A stretch of 48,455 nucleotides of DNA from Candidatus Zixiibacteriota bacterium (GCA_036170655.1 JAVHPP010000062.1:1-48455); one strand, 5' to 3'; positions 10,050-19,558 are shown, counted from the stretch's first letter. Program-made: numbers and translations. The notes: a model not told the origin generated them from the letters alone.

Positions 10050-10991
10050 GTGGGCAAAACCGCTCTCCTTTTTCCCGGCCAGGCGTCTCAGTACGTGGGC
10101 ATGGGACATGACCTGTATGACCGATTCGCTGTCGCGCGGTCGATGTACGAGACGGCCAACGACATTCTCGAATTCGATATCGCCCGCTTGTCCTTCGAGG
10201 GTCCGCCGGAGCAACTGGTCCAGACCGCCCAAACCCAACCTGCCATCTTTGTGCACTCTTGCGTTGCCTTCGAACTGGCGCGGCAGCAGGGCCTGTCTTT
10301 CGATCTTGCTGCAGGTCATTCGCTGGGCGAGTACTCAGCCCTCGTGGCCGCTGGCGTGCTTTCATTCGAAGATGCGTTGATCGCGGTGAAACAGCGTGCG
10401 CGTTTCATGCAGGATGCCTGCGAGACCAATCCCGGAACGATGGCCGCCGTGTTGGGGCTGACTTTTGATGAAGTTACCGGCATTTGCGCTCGCGCGTCCA
10501 GTCAGGGTGTTGTGGTCGCGGCCAACTACAATACCGCGAACCAAGTCGCTGTTTCCGGATCGCTCGCTGGTGTCAGAGCGGCATCCGCTTTGGCGACCGA
10601 AGCGGGTGCAAAGCGGGTGATTCCCCTGTCCGTCGGCGGTGCGTTTCATTCCCCCCTGATGCGCCCATCTCCCGAACAACTCGCTCCGGTTCTTGATCGC
10701 CTGAGCTTCCAGACGGCTCACACGCCGGTCATCCTGAATGTTACAGCGCGACCGGCCACTGATCCGGTTGAGATCAAGAAACGCCTGATCGAACAACTCA
10801 CCGCGCCTGTCATGTGGTATCCGACCGTTCTCTTTATGAAAGACATGGGAGTCAGCCGTGCCATCGAGGTTGGCCCCAAGAAAGTGCTGTGCGGGCTGGT
10901 CAAGGGAGCGCTGACCGAAGCCCGGTTGGAGTCGCTGGATACCGCAGCGGATTTCGCCGCCATGTTCAAGATGGAGGCCGTGGGTCAGTAA
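10050..10991 (+). CDS. fabD: Malonyl-CoA:ACP transacylase
   Basis: FPGQASQ, GHSLGEY, GAFHS. Confidence 0.97.
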   Translation: MGKTALLFPGQASQYVGMGHDLYDRFAVARSMYETANDILEFDIARLSFEGPPEQLVQTAQTQPAIFVHSCVAFELARQQGLSFDLAAGHSLGEYSALVAAGVLSFEDALIAVKQRARFMQDACETNPGTMAAVLGLTFDEVTGICARASSQGVVVAANYNTANQVAVSGSLAGVRAASALATEAGAKRVIPLSVGGAFHSPLMRPSPEQLAPVLDRLSFQTAHTPVILNVTARPATDPVEIKKRLIEQLTAPVMWYPTVLFMKDMGVSRAIEVGPKKVLCGLVKGALTEARLESLDTAADFAAMFKMEAVGQ

Positions 10992-11000
10992 AAGGATTTG

Positions 11001-11807
11001 ATGATGCCCAGCGATACAGAGCCAGTCATCCATTCTGTGTCGGCGTCCCCTGATCAGGATCAGAAGATCGCGGTCTCGCGTGTGGCGCTCGTCACCGGCG
11101 GGGCCAAGGGGATCGGCGCCGCGATCGCCGTACGGCTGGCGTGTGAGGGTCATCGTATCGCCATCGTGGGACGCGATCAGGCGGCTTTGGACCGTCAGAC
11201 CGGCGTGCTGCGTGATCTGGGGCGGACAGTGATTGGTGTCGCCTCCGATCTCGCTTCTCCGGACGCCGCCGACATCATCGCCCGGGCGGTGGAAAACCAA
11301 CTGGGGCCGGTCGAGATCCTCGTGAACAACGCGGGGATCACGCGCGACGGGTTGTTTGTGCGGATGAGTCTCGAAGATTTCAATCAAGTCCTCGCGGTCG
11401 ATCTGACCGCGGCGTTCACGCTCAGCAAACGTGTGGCGCGCGGCATGATGAAGGCCCGCTGGGGACGGATCGTCAATATTAGTTCCGTGGTGGCGCAGAT
11501 GGGCAATGTTGGCCAGGCGAACTATGTCTCCGCCAAGGCCGGATTGCTCGGCCTGACCAAGGCGCTTGCCCTCGAATTGGCCCCCCGGCAAGTCACGGTC
11601 AATGCGATTGCCCCCGGTTTCATCGAAACAGATATGACCGCAGCCCTGCCGGCCGAGGTCTTGGAGAATTACAAAAGACGCATTCCCTTGGCGCGGTTTG
11701 GCGCGCCCGCCGATGTGGCCGGAGTCGTCGCCTTCCTCTGCTCCTCTGAGGCGGCCTATGTCACCGGTCAGACACTCCGCGTCGATGGCGGTATGCTTTT
11801 GGCATGA
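11001..11807 (+). CDS. fabG: 3-oxoacyl-ACP reductase
   Basis: TGGAKGIG, NNAGITRD, YVSAK, APGFIETDMT. Confidence 0.95.
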   Translation: MMPSDTEPVIHSVSASPDQDQKIAVSRVALVTGGAKGIGAAIAVRLACEGHRIAIVGRDQAALDRQTGVLRDLGRTVIGVASDLASPDAADIIARAVENQLGPVEILVNNAGITRDGLFVRMSLEDFNQVLAVDLTAAFTLSKRVARGMMKARWGRIVNISSVVAQMGNVGQANYVSAKAGLLGLTKALALELAPRQVTVNAIAPGFIETDMTAALPAEVLENYKRRIPLARFGAPADVAGVVAFLCSSEAAYVTGQTLRVDGGMLLA

Positions 11808-11955
11808 ACTCCTGTGGCCCCGAAACGACCTGTCGGGCGGTAGGAATGGCTCGTTAATTTTGGTTGCACCTGCCGCTTTTTTGTGGTTTACTCGCTGTGC
11901 CCCAAGCATGGGGACGAGGTGAACATCCACTCTTTTCGGTTTGGGAGGGTAATCC

Positions 11956-12198
11956 ATGTCGTCTATTGCGGAACGTGTCAAGAAAATCATTGTTGATCAA
12001 TTGGGGGTGAATGCGGAACAGGTCACCGAACAGGCGTCATTTGTCGACGATCTGGGCGCCGATTCGCTTGATACCGTGGAATTGGTGATGGCCTTGGAAG
12101 AAGAATTCGGCCTGGAAATCCCCGACGCCGATGCGGAGAAAATCTCCACTGTCAAGTTGGCTATCGACTACATTGAGAGCAAGGGTGTAAAGTCGTAA
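11956..12198 (+). CDS. acpP: Acyl carrier protein
   Basis: [20 protein letters not shown]. Confidence 0.98.
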   Translation: MSSIAERVKKIIVDQLGVNAEQVTEQASFVDDLGADSLDTVELVMALEEEFGLEIPDADAEKISTVKLAIDYIESKGVKS

Positions 12199-12262
12199 GG
12201 ACGTCACCGGCGGAGATTCGGTTTCTGCCGGGCACCACGCAAAGTTCGAGCCGGGTGAGAAA

Positions 12263-13543
12263 ATGATGCAGTACCAGCGCAATGGTCGTCCGCATCATCG
12301 TGTCGTCGTCACGGGCATGGGGGCGATGACCCCCATTGGCCATTCCGTCGATGCGTACTGGGATGGACTGTTGGCAGGCCGCTCCGGAGCGGGGCTCATC
12401 ACCCGTTTCGACACGTCCCAATTTCCGACACGCATTGCCTGTGAAGTCAAAGATCTGGATCCTCTGTCCATTGCCGATCGCAAGGAGGCGCGTCGCATGG
12501 ACCGTTCGGAGTTGCTGGCGCTCGGCGCGACCGGCGAGGCGGTCAAGAATGCGGCGGTGAACTTCGACGTACTCGATCGCGAGCGTTGCGGCGTCGTGAT
12601 CGGTTCCGGAATCGGCGGCATCGGCACATTTGAGACTCAGCATCGAGCCCTCTTGGATCAGGGGCCTGGGCGGGTCTCACCCTTCTTCATACCAATGATG
12701 ATCATCGACATGTGTGCAGGGCTGGTCTCGCTGCACTACGGCCTCAAGGGACCGAATTATGCCACGGTCTCGGCCTGCGCGTCGTCGGCGCATGCCATTG
12801 CCGATGCGTCCCGTTTGATTGAACGGGGTGACGCCGATCTGATGATCACCGGGGGAGCCGAAGCCACGATCACGCCGATTGCGCTGGCCGGTTTCTGCTC
12901 GGCCCGGGCCATGTCAACGCGGAACGATGAACCCGAACGCGCGTCCCGCCCCTTTGATGCCGAACGCGATGGTTTTGTCATGGGCGAAGGGGCCGGGATC
13001 GTTGTGCTGGAGTCCCTCGAACATGCGATGCGACGGGGCGCCCCGGTTCTGGCGGAGATTCTGGGCGCTGGGATGTCGGCCGACGCCTACCATGTGACCG
13101 CCCCCGCTCCTCAAGGCGAGGGCGCCGCTCGCTCCATGCGCGCCGCGCTCAAAGACGCCGGCATCCAACCCACCGATGTCGATTACGTCAATACACATGG
13201 CACATCGACCGGACTGGGTGATGCTTGTGAAACCGAGGCGATTCACTCCGTTTTTGGCGATCATGCCGGTCATCTGGTTGCCAATTCCACCAAGTCGATG
13301 ATCGGTCATCTCTTGGGAGCCGCTGCTGGCGTGGAACTCATTGCCTGCGTCATGTCGTTGCGGACTGGCAAGATTCATCCAACAATCAACTTGGAGACTC
13401 CTGATCCGAAGTGCAATCTGAACTACGTGCCGAACAAAACGATTGAACGGCCGATCCGGGTGGCGATCTCCAATTCGTTTGGCTTCGGCGGCCACAATGC
13501 CACACTGGTGGTGGCGCGATTCGAAGAAGATGGCTCCGCCTGA
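12263..13543 (+). CDS. fabF: 3-oxoacyl-ACP synthase II
   Basis: RVVVTGMG, SACASS, HGTST, KSMIGHLLGA, SNSFGFGGHN. Confidence 0.97.
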   Translation: MMQYQRNGRPHHRVVVTGMGAMTPIGHSVDAYWDGLLAGRSGAGLITRFDTSQFPTRIACEVKDLDPLSIADRKEARRMDRSELLALGATGEAVKNAAVNFDVLDRERCGVVIGSGIGGIGTFETQHRALLDQGPGRVSPFFIPMMIIDMCAGLVSLHYGLKGPNYATVSACASSAHAIADASRLIERGDADLMITGGAEATITPIALAGFCSARAMSTRNDEPERASRPFDAERDGFVMGEGAGIVVLESLEHAMRRGAPVLAEILGAGMSADAYHVTAPAPQGEGAARSMRAALKDAGIQPTDVDYVNTHGTSTGLGDACETEAIHSVFGDHAGHLVANSTKSMIGHLLGAAAGVELIACVMSLRTGKIHPTINLETPDPKCNLNYVPNKTIERPIRVAISNSFGFGGHNATLVVARFEEDGSA

Positions 13544-13718
13544 CGTTCACGGAGTCTGTTGATCATCGGGGACCGCGTGGTCCCCGCCGCGCACGGGACG
13601 AAATGACGGTGAAGATCGATCTGGGCTTTGGTTTACCAGGGTACAGATAGGCTTTCTCCCGACAGTCTGACGTCCGTTGTTGCTCGTCCTGCATGCGGTC
13701 TACGCATGGAGAAGCATT

Positions 13719-14516
13719 ATGGGTTTCTGGTCACGGTTTTTCAACTGGCAACGCGACCGTCGGTCACGTCCGGCCACGGGCGGGTCTGCGAAGCCTGCGA
13801 CTCCCGTCATCGATACGATTCTCGGCTACCGGTTTCACAATCCACGATTGCTTGACAAGGCGCTGACGCATCGTTCTTATGCCAATTCAGTGACGATGTG
13901 TGCCACGTACGAACGCCTGGAATTCCTGGGAGACAGCGTTCTCGGTGTCATCGTCGCGCGCCACCTCTTCCAGAAGTTTCCGGCTTACACGGAGGGAGAC
14001 CTCACCAAGGCCAAGGCGGCGCTGGTGAATCTCAAGACCTTGAGCGCTGTGGCACGGCGTGAAGACCTTGGCCGGTTTGTCAAACTCTCCCCCGAGGAGG
14101 AAAGGGCCGGCGGACGCCGTCGTCCCTCGATCCTCTGCGATGTTTTCGAAGCGGTGATTGGCGCGGTATTCCTCGATGGCGGCCTTGAGGACGCTGCGGA
14201 AATCGTCAATCGCACGGTGATTATCCGGTTCAGCGGCCGCGAATCACGCCTCCTCAGCGTCAACTTCAAGGGCGACCTCCTCGAATACTTGCAGGGTGAG
14301 GGAAGGGGCCTCCCGCATTACGAAGTGGTCAACGAACGTGGCCCAGACCATGAGAAGATATTCACTGTGGCTGTCTGCACGAACGGCCATGAAATTGGGC
14401 GCGGCATCGGCCCGAACAAGAAGGAAGCCGAGCAGCAGGCTGCCAGAGAGGCACTGCAAGCGCTCGGTCAAGTGACCGTCATGGTACCTGTCACGGAAGG
14501 AAAGGAAATCCCATGA
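13719..14516 (+). CDS. rnc: Ribonuclease III
   Basis: ALTHRSY, ERLEFLGDSVL, DVFEAVIGA, dsRBD with GPDHEKIF and KKEAEQQAA. Confidence 0.96.
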   Translation: MGFWSRFFNWQRDRRSRPATGGSAKPATPVIDTILGYRFHNPRLLDKALTHRSYANSVTMCATYERLEFLGDSVLGVIVARHLFQKFPAYTEGDLTKAKAALVNLKTLSAVARREDLGRFVKLSPEEERAGGRRRPSILCDVFEAVIGAVFLDGGLEDAAEIVNRTVIIRFSGRESRLLSVNFKGDLLEYLQGEGRGLPHYEVVNERGPDHEKIFTVAVCTNGHEIGRGIGPNKKEAEQQAAREALQALGQVTVMVPVTEGKEIP

Positions 14517-15292
14517 ACATTGTCGTCTGCATCAAACAGGTTCCCGAGATCGCTCTGGTGCGTGTAGACGAAGCCGCCGGTGTCCTCCTCCCGGATGGTC
14601 CCGGATCGATCAACCCCTTTGACGAATACGCCATCGAAGAAGGATTGCGCCTGAAAGAGAAACATGGTGGAACAGTGACGGTGATGAGTTGCGGCGGCGA
14701 ATCGGCTGTCAGCGCGCTGCGTGATGCGCTGGCGCTGGGCGCTGATCGCGCCATTCTCCTGATCGATTCAGCGTTTGACAATTCCGATGGCATCGCCTTG
14801 AGTGCGATCCTCTCTGCTGGTGTCCGCAAGATCGGCGGCGTTGACCTCTGCTTGTTCGGCAAAAATGCCGTGGACACCGATCGCTCGGTCATCCCTGGCG
14901 CGACCGCTGGCAAACTCGGCTGGGCACAGGTCCTGTTCGTGAAGAAGTTCGAGACAGTCGAAGAGAAGATGGTCACCGTGTTACGGATGACCGAGGATGG
15001 TTACGATCGCGTGGTGACCCCTCTGCCCGCCGTCATTAGTGTCGTTAAAGAAATCAACGAACCGCGACTGCCGTCCCTGAAGGGGAAGATGAAGTCCCGG
15101 AGCGCGCCCGTTGAGCGCTGGGGCGCTGCCGATCTGGGCATCGATCCCGCCGCGGTCGGCCCCAATTCGGCTGTCCTCATGACTGGCGTCAAGCCGCCCC
15201 CTCCACGCAAACACGGCGTCCGCCTCGAAGGTGATCCCACGACCGTAGCGAACATGCTCTACGAGAAGCTGCGGGAAGAAAAAGTCATCTAA
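14513..15292 (+). CDS. etfB: Electron transfer flavoprotein beta subunit
   Basis: VCIKQVP, INPFDEYAIEE, ALALGADRA, INEPRLPSL; ATGA overlap with rnc. Confidence 0.95.
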   Translation: MNIVVCIKQVPEIALVRVDEAAGVLLPDGPGSINPFDEYAIEEGLRLKEKHGGTVTVMSCGGESAVSALRDALALGADRAILLIDSAFDNSDGIALSAILSAGVRKIGGVDLCLFGKNAVDTDRSVIPGATAGKLGWAQVLFVKKFETVEEKMVTVLRMTEDGYDRVVTPLPAVISVVKEINEPRLPSLKGKMKSRSAPVERWGAADLGIDPAAVGPNSAVLMTGVKPPPPRKHGVRLEGDPTTVANMLYEKLREEKVI

Positions 15293-15435
15293 GAGAAACA
15301 CGATTCCCAGGGCTCAGTTGGGAGCCTGCCCCAGTCATTGCAACCGCCCGAGATGGTGCAAGGTGCTGAGGACCTCGCCGCCGTCATTCTCGCTAACGGG
15401 CGTGTTGAATCAACCTGTGGGATACAGCATGACAT

Positions 15436-15488
15436 GGAGTGCGACGGCTTGCCGCCGCTTCCAAAGCACAGGCAAGTCGGCGCACTCC
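15436..15488. repeat. REP-like inverted repeat
   Basis: ggagtgcg-acggcttgcc...ggcaagtcgg-cgcactcc imperfect palindrome, followed by a C11 tract at 15492-15502. Confidence 0.55.
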
Positions 15489-15566
15489 ACGCCCCCCCCC
15501 CCAAGGTCCGGGGCCACCCGCGTCAAGCGGCCCAGAGGCGCCTGCGCGAACTCGTACAGCGCCACT

Positions 15567-16928
15567 TTACGGTCTCGGACAGGTCTCGCTGCACGGGTTG
15601 CACGGCGTCGTGCCGCCGCCAAAGGCGTGATCTACGGCGGCTACCACGTCCAGCACATCCGTCAGGTTGTTCCCGTCAAAGTCGCACCGCTCGAGGGGAC
15701 ATCGGGGATCGGTCGCACACGTGCCGCCTCCGAACGCACGGTCGATAATGACCACCACATCCAGAACGTCGATCGAACCAGATGAATCCGGATCGCCCGC
15801 GAACGGGCAATTGCAAGTGCAATTGATAAACACCGAGACGTTGCTGCCGTACAAATTGGCCACGGCCAGATCTTGATCCCCGTCCCCGTCCAGATCGGCC
15901 GCAAAGACCGAGAACGAATTAGTGCCGGCCGCGTAGTTGACCGCCGCGGCAAACGTTCCATCCCCGTTGTTCTTCAGTACCGAGACGTTGTCGCTGCCGC
16001 CATTGGCCACCGCCAGATCCTCATTCCCATCCCCGTCGAGATCGGCCGCAACGACCGATCGAGGATTAGCGCCGACCGCGTAGTTGACCGCCGCGGCAAA
16101 CGTTCCATCCCCGTTGTTCTTCAGCACCGAGACATTGTTGCTGCCGGGATTGGCCACCGCCAAGTCGAGATCGCCGTCCCCGTCCAGATCGGCCGCAAAG
16201 ACCGAGAACGAATTAGTGCCGGCCGCGTAGTTGACCGCCGCGGCAAACGTTCCATCCCCGTTGTTCTTCAGCACCGAGACACTGTTGCTGCCGCGATTGG
16301 CCACCGCCAAGTCGAGATCGCCGTCCCCGTCCAAGTCGGCCGCAACGACAGACACGGGCGGATTTCCTGCGGTATAGCTGCCCGCGGCGGCAAAGGATCC
16401 GTCTCCGTTGTTCTTCAAGACCGTCACGTCGCCTTGGACGTTATTGGTGACCGCCAAGTCGCGATCTCCGTCTCCATCCAAGTCGGCCACACAGACCGAA
16501 GGAGTGCCATCACCTGGGGTATGGTAATAGTCCACCGGTGGGCCGAAGGTTCCGTCTCCCATGTTCTTCAGGACCGACACGCCCCCGGCGAAGATCATAT
16601 TTTCCCAAGCGACCACGAGGTCGAGATCCCCGTCCGCGTCCAGATCGGCCGCAACAACGGAAACAGCAATACCTCCTGATAGATAGCTCACCGGCGCTGC
16701 AAAGCTCCCATCCCCGTTGTTCTTCAGCACCGTGACGGTGTCGCTGGCCAGCGCCAGATCCTGATCCCCATCCCCGTCCAAATCGCCCGCGAAGACGGAG
16801 GAAGGACCCCAACCGGTCACGTAGTTGGTCGCCGCGTTGAAGCAGAACCCCTGCGCGTGAACGCTGGACAGGGGCAACAGGGCTGCAATCGAAACGAACA
16901 CGCAGGTCACAAACGATTGTAAACGCAT
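15567..16928 (-). CDS. Secreted FG-GAP/VCBS-repeat beta-propeller protein with C-terminal Cys-rich dockerin-like domain
   Basis: Signal peptide ending VHA-Q; seven ADLDGDGDxDLAVA repeats; tail CxC..GDPD..DVLDVV..CP..DFD..DVLDVV..PCNPC. Confidence 0.88.
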   Translation of the reverse strand: MRLQSFVTCVFVSIAALLPLSSVHAQGFCFNAATNYVTGWGPSSVFAGDLDGDGDQDLALASDTVTVLKNNGDGSFAAPVSYLSGGIAVSVVAADLDADGDLDLVVAWENMIFAGGVSVLKNMGDGTFGPPVDYYHTPGDGTPSVCVADLDGDGDRDLAVTNNVQGDVTVLKNNGDGSFAAAGSYTAGNPPVSVVAADLDGDGDLDLAVANRGSNSVSVLKNNGDGTFAAAVNYAAGTNSFSVFAADLDGDGDLDLAVANPGSNNVSVLKNNGDGTFAAAVNYAVGANPRSVVAADLDGDGNEDLAVANGGSDNVSVLKNNGDGTFAAAVNYAAGTNSFSVFAADLDGDGDQDLAVANLYGSNVSVFINCTCNCPFAGDPDSSGSIDVLDVVVIIDRAFGGGTCATDPRCPLERCDFDGNNLTDVLDVVAAVDHAFGGGTTPCNPCSETCPRP

Positions 16929-17113
16929 TTTCCCACCTCCCGTGGTCAGGCGGGGAGACTGACACACACAATACGAACATAGCACACCAATGGCGGTTGT
17001 CAAGGATTCTTTTTGGACCGGCCGGGGGGCGGATGTTAGGGGCGTGTTGAAGAATCCGACCGGCGGCCCATACCGTGTGATGTCACTCCCGGGAAAGGAC
17101 GAGTTGAAGAACC

Positions 17114-17189
17114 GGGCAGACAGGAGTGTCTGCCCCACTCTCTGTTCTGGAAGTCCATGTTTCTCAGTGGCGCGGACACTTGTCCGCGC
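17114..17189. repeat. Pair of REP-like hairpins
   Basis: gggcagaca-ggag-tgtctgccc and gcgcggaca-ct-tgtccgcgc. Confidence 0.55.
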
Positions 17190-17299
17190 GTCCGGAGCGC
17201 GAATGAGGGGTTCTTCGACAGGCCCGTTAGACCGGGTCCCTCAGGGGGCATCGGAACCTCAGCCACGTCGGATGCGGGCTGCCACGCGCGAATGTTCAC

Positions 17300-18235
17300 T
17301 CACGGTACAAACGTCGGCAGGTCCCGGTCCAGGCCAAAAAGCTGCCGCGCGTTCTGGCCCATGATGGCTTCGCAGGCGCGATCCGAAAGTCCGATCGACT
17401 GGAGCATTTCGAGTTGTTCGCTGAAGATCGTCCCACGCCAGCCACGGGGGAATGATCCCGAATCCGTGCCAAAGAGAAGACGCGCGGGACCAAAAACTTC
17501 CAGCGCGCGTTCGAGGACTTCCTGCATCGAATGGAACTCCGACTGGTCCTGCAGCCAGCAGTTCGATGACGACGTATCGACGTGCACATTCGGGCATTGC
17601 AGTCCCAGCCGCAATAACGCCCGCAACGTGCCGCACCCAAAGCTGGGGACGACGAAATTGACCGTGGGGAAATCCGTCGCGGCCCGGTGAAGATCGGCGG
17701 GATCGGCATAGTGCGTATCGTGCGCGTCCGGCAATCCCCACCAGCGGTGCGGCAGGATGCGCAGCGTGCCGAAGTGGACATACACAACCAGCCGGTATCG
17801 CCGTGCCAGACGGTAGATCGGGTAGACACGCTCCGATGACGCGGCAAAACGGTGCAACGAGGGATAGAGCGCAATACCGCGAAACCCCAACTCGCGGACC
17901 GCGTACTCCAGCACTTCCTCCCTCACCGAGAGAAAGGGATTGATCGTCGCGATGCCTATGAAACGCTGGGGATAGACACGCGCCGCGGCCGCGACCGACA
18001 ACTCGTCGCCCGGAATGCTCGCGAAGCTGATCAGGCGCGACACGCCGAACCGTTCCATCTCGATCGCCCATAGGTCAGCCAGGCGGACAGGGTCCTTTGG
18101 CGGCACCTGAAAACCATGCAGACGGGCGCGCTCGTCGATGAATTCATCAACGTCGCCATACTCGTGCCGTTGCTGAGTCAGCAACCGGAAGTAGTTGTAG
18201 GAGAGGAAGTGCGTGTGCGCGTCAATGATTTCCAT
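17300..18235 (-). CDS. Amidohydrolase_2 family TIM-barrel protein
   Basis: IIDAHTH, VYVHFG, NVHVDTS, LLFGTDS. Confidence 0.9.
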   Translation of the reverse strand: MEIIDAHTHFLSYNYFRLLTQQRHEYGDVDEFIDERARLHGFQVPPKDPVRLADLWAIEMERFGVSRLISFASIPGDELSVAAAARVYPQRFIGIATINPFLSVREEVLEYAVRELGFRGIALYPSLHRFAASSERVYPIYRLARRYRLVVYVHFGTLRILPHRWWGLPDAHDTHYADPADLHRAATDFPTVNFVVPSFGCGTLRALLRLGLQCPNVHVDTSSSNCWLQDQSEFHSMQEVLERALEVFGPARLLFGTDSGSFPRGWRGTIFSEQLEMLQSIGLSDRACEAIMGQNARQLFGLDRDLPTFVP

Positions 18236-18489
18236 CCCCGATGTGCCTCTCCATGCAAGAGCAAAAAAGCGCTGACGGCCCCAGACTTCCCCGGTGACCG
18301 GCAGTTGTCAGTTACGAGAGTGAAAAAAGCCCGCACAGGCGGGTGACGCAACAGCAATTTCCGGGCAGGTCGGAGTTTTGCCAGGCACGCGCATTATGAT
18401 CGGGCTCTGAGAACCTCTAACACAATGACGGCGCACGTGCAACACACGTGGGGATCAAGTCGGCTCATTCAGTGGAGCATCGATGGTTC

Positions 18490-18560
18490 GGGAGGGCAAG
18501 GCTCCTGCAGAGCGTTTTCGGGGGAGGGAAAAAAAGAGGCTCGGCAGGAGCCTCGCCCTC
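18490..18560. repeat. REP-like element, copy 1 (GGGAGGGCRAGGCTCCTGC family)
   Basis: gggagggcaaggctcctgcagagc...ggctcggcaggagcctcgccctc; second copy at 34338-34406. Confidence 0.75.
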
Positions 18561-18590
18561 ACGTTTGCGCCCCGGTCGCCCGTTCCAGCC

Positions 18591-18670
18591 GTAGGGTGGG
18601 TGCTTTGCACCCACCATCACCTAATGGAGAATCTCCACCATACTGGGTGGGTGCCGAGCACCCACCCTAC
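18591..18670. repeat. GTAG-type REP doublet
   Basis: GTAGggtgggtgctttgcacccacc...ggtgggtgccgagcacccaccCTAC. Confidence 0.75.
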
Positions 18671-18752
18671 GACTCCGTGCGGGCGCCGGGCCCCTCATGG
18701 TCCGCGCTTGTTTCTTGTTGTCGCGCTGGTTCCAGCCGCGTTCATTGCTCCT

Positions 18753-19226
18753 ATGGGCAAGCGTGCGCCGATGATCGCCGTGTGCGGCGGCGGAATTGCT
18801 GACGATGCCACCGCTGCGCTGGCCGAGGCCGTCGGCTATGAATTGGGCTGCGCCGGTGCTGTCGTTGTGTGCGGCGGACTCGGCGGCGTCATGGAACACG
18901 CCTGCGCCGGCGCCAAACGCGGCGGCGGATTGACCGTTGGGATTGTTCCTGGTACTCAGACACGGGCCGCGAACCGCTTTGTCGATGTCCCGATCGCCAG
19001 CGGCATGGCGGCCGGTCGAAATGCGGTCATTCTTCAGACCGCCGATGCGGTGATTGCGCTTCCGGGGTCGTATGGCACCCTGTCGGAAATCGCGCTGGCG
19101 TTACAGGCAGGCAAACCGGTGGCGACAATTGGGACCTGGTGTCCGATCCCTGGGGTGATCGTTTATCAGACTGCGCTGGAAGCGGTCCGGGAGACACTGC
19201 GTGCCATCCACGCAGTCGGGCAGTGA
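18753..19226 (+). CDS. TIGR00725 / LOG-like Rossmann-fold protein
   Basis: CGGLGGVMEHAC, GLTVGIVPG, GRNAVI, GSYGTLSEIA. Confidence 0.9.
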   Translation: MGKRAPMIAVCGGGIADDATAALAEAVGYELGCAGAVVVCGGLGGVMEHACAGAKRGGGLTVGIVPGTQTRAANRFVDVPIASGMAAGRNAVILQTADAVIALPGSYGTLSEIALALQAGKPVATIGTWCPIPGVIVYQTALEAVRETLRAIHAVGQ

Positions 19227-19240
19227 CAGGGGCTGGGACC

Positions 19241-19510
19241 ATGCGTCTGCGGATACGTGTCGCGGGAGTTGTTCAGGGTGTTGGTTATCGTTATTATGCG
19301 GTCCGCCGGGCGCGCGGATATGGCCTTACCGGTTGGGTGAGGAACTCTCCCGATGGCGCGGTGGAAATCGAGGCGGTGGGTCCGCCCGGGCCGTTGCAGG
19401 GATTTGTGGAGGATATGCGCATCGGCCCGCCCAGCGCCCATGTGAGCAGCATCACAGTGGACAAGTTCGATGATGAACCGCGTTACCATGATTTTGAAGT
19501 GAGGTATTAA
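19241..19510 (+). CDS. acyP: Acylphosphatase
   Basis: GVVQGVGYR, GWVRNSPDGAVE, GPPSAHV. Confidence 0.95.
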   Translation: MRLRIRVAGVVQGVGYRYYAVRRARGYGLTGWVRNSPDGAVEIEAVGPPGPLQGFVEDMRIGPPSAHVSSITVDKFDDEPRYHDFEVRY

Positions 19511-19558
19511 CGAGGTGGTTTGCGGCCACGGTCTGGCGTGGCCTGCGAAAGGACCTTC

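Noticed and set aside
10362..11990. 542-aa minus-strand ORF and the many other long shadow ORFs
   Set aside because: They are antisense or alternate-frame to well-supported genes, as expected in GC-rich DNA.
15492..15502. C11 tract as a phase-variation switch
   Set aside because: It lies between two convergent 3' ends, outside any supported CDS or promoter.
15830..16800. Regular repeats as a CRISPR array or DGR template/variable pair
   Set aside because: They are in-frame 147-bp coding FG-GAP units; no spacers, cas genes or reverse transcriptase are present.
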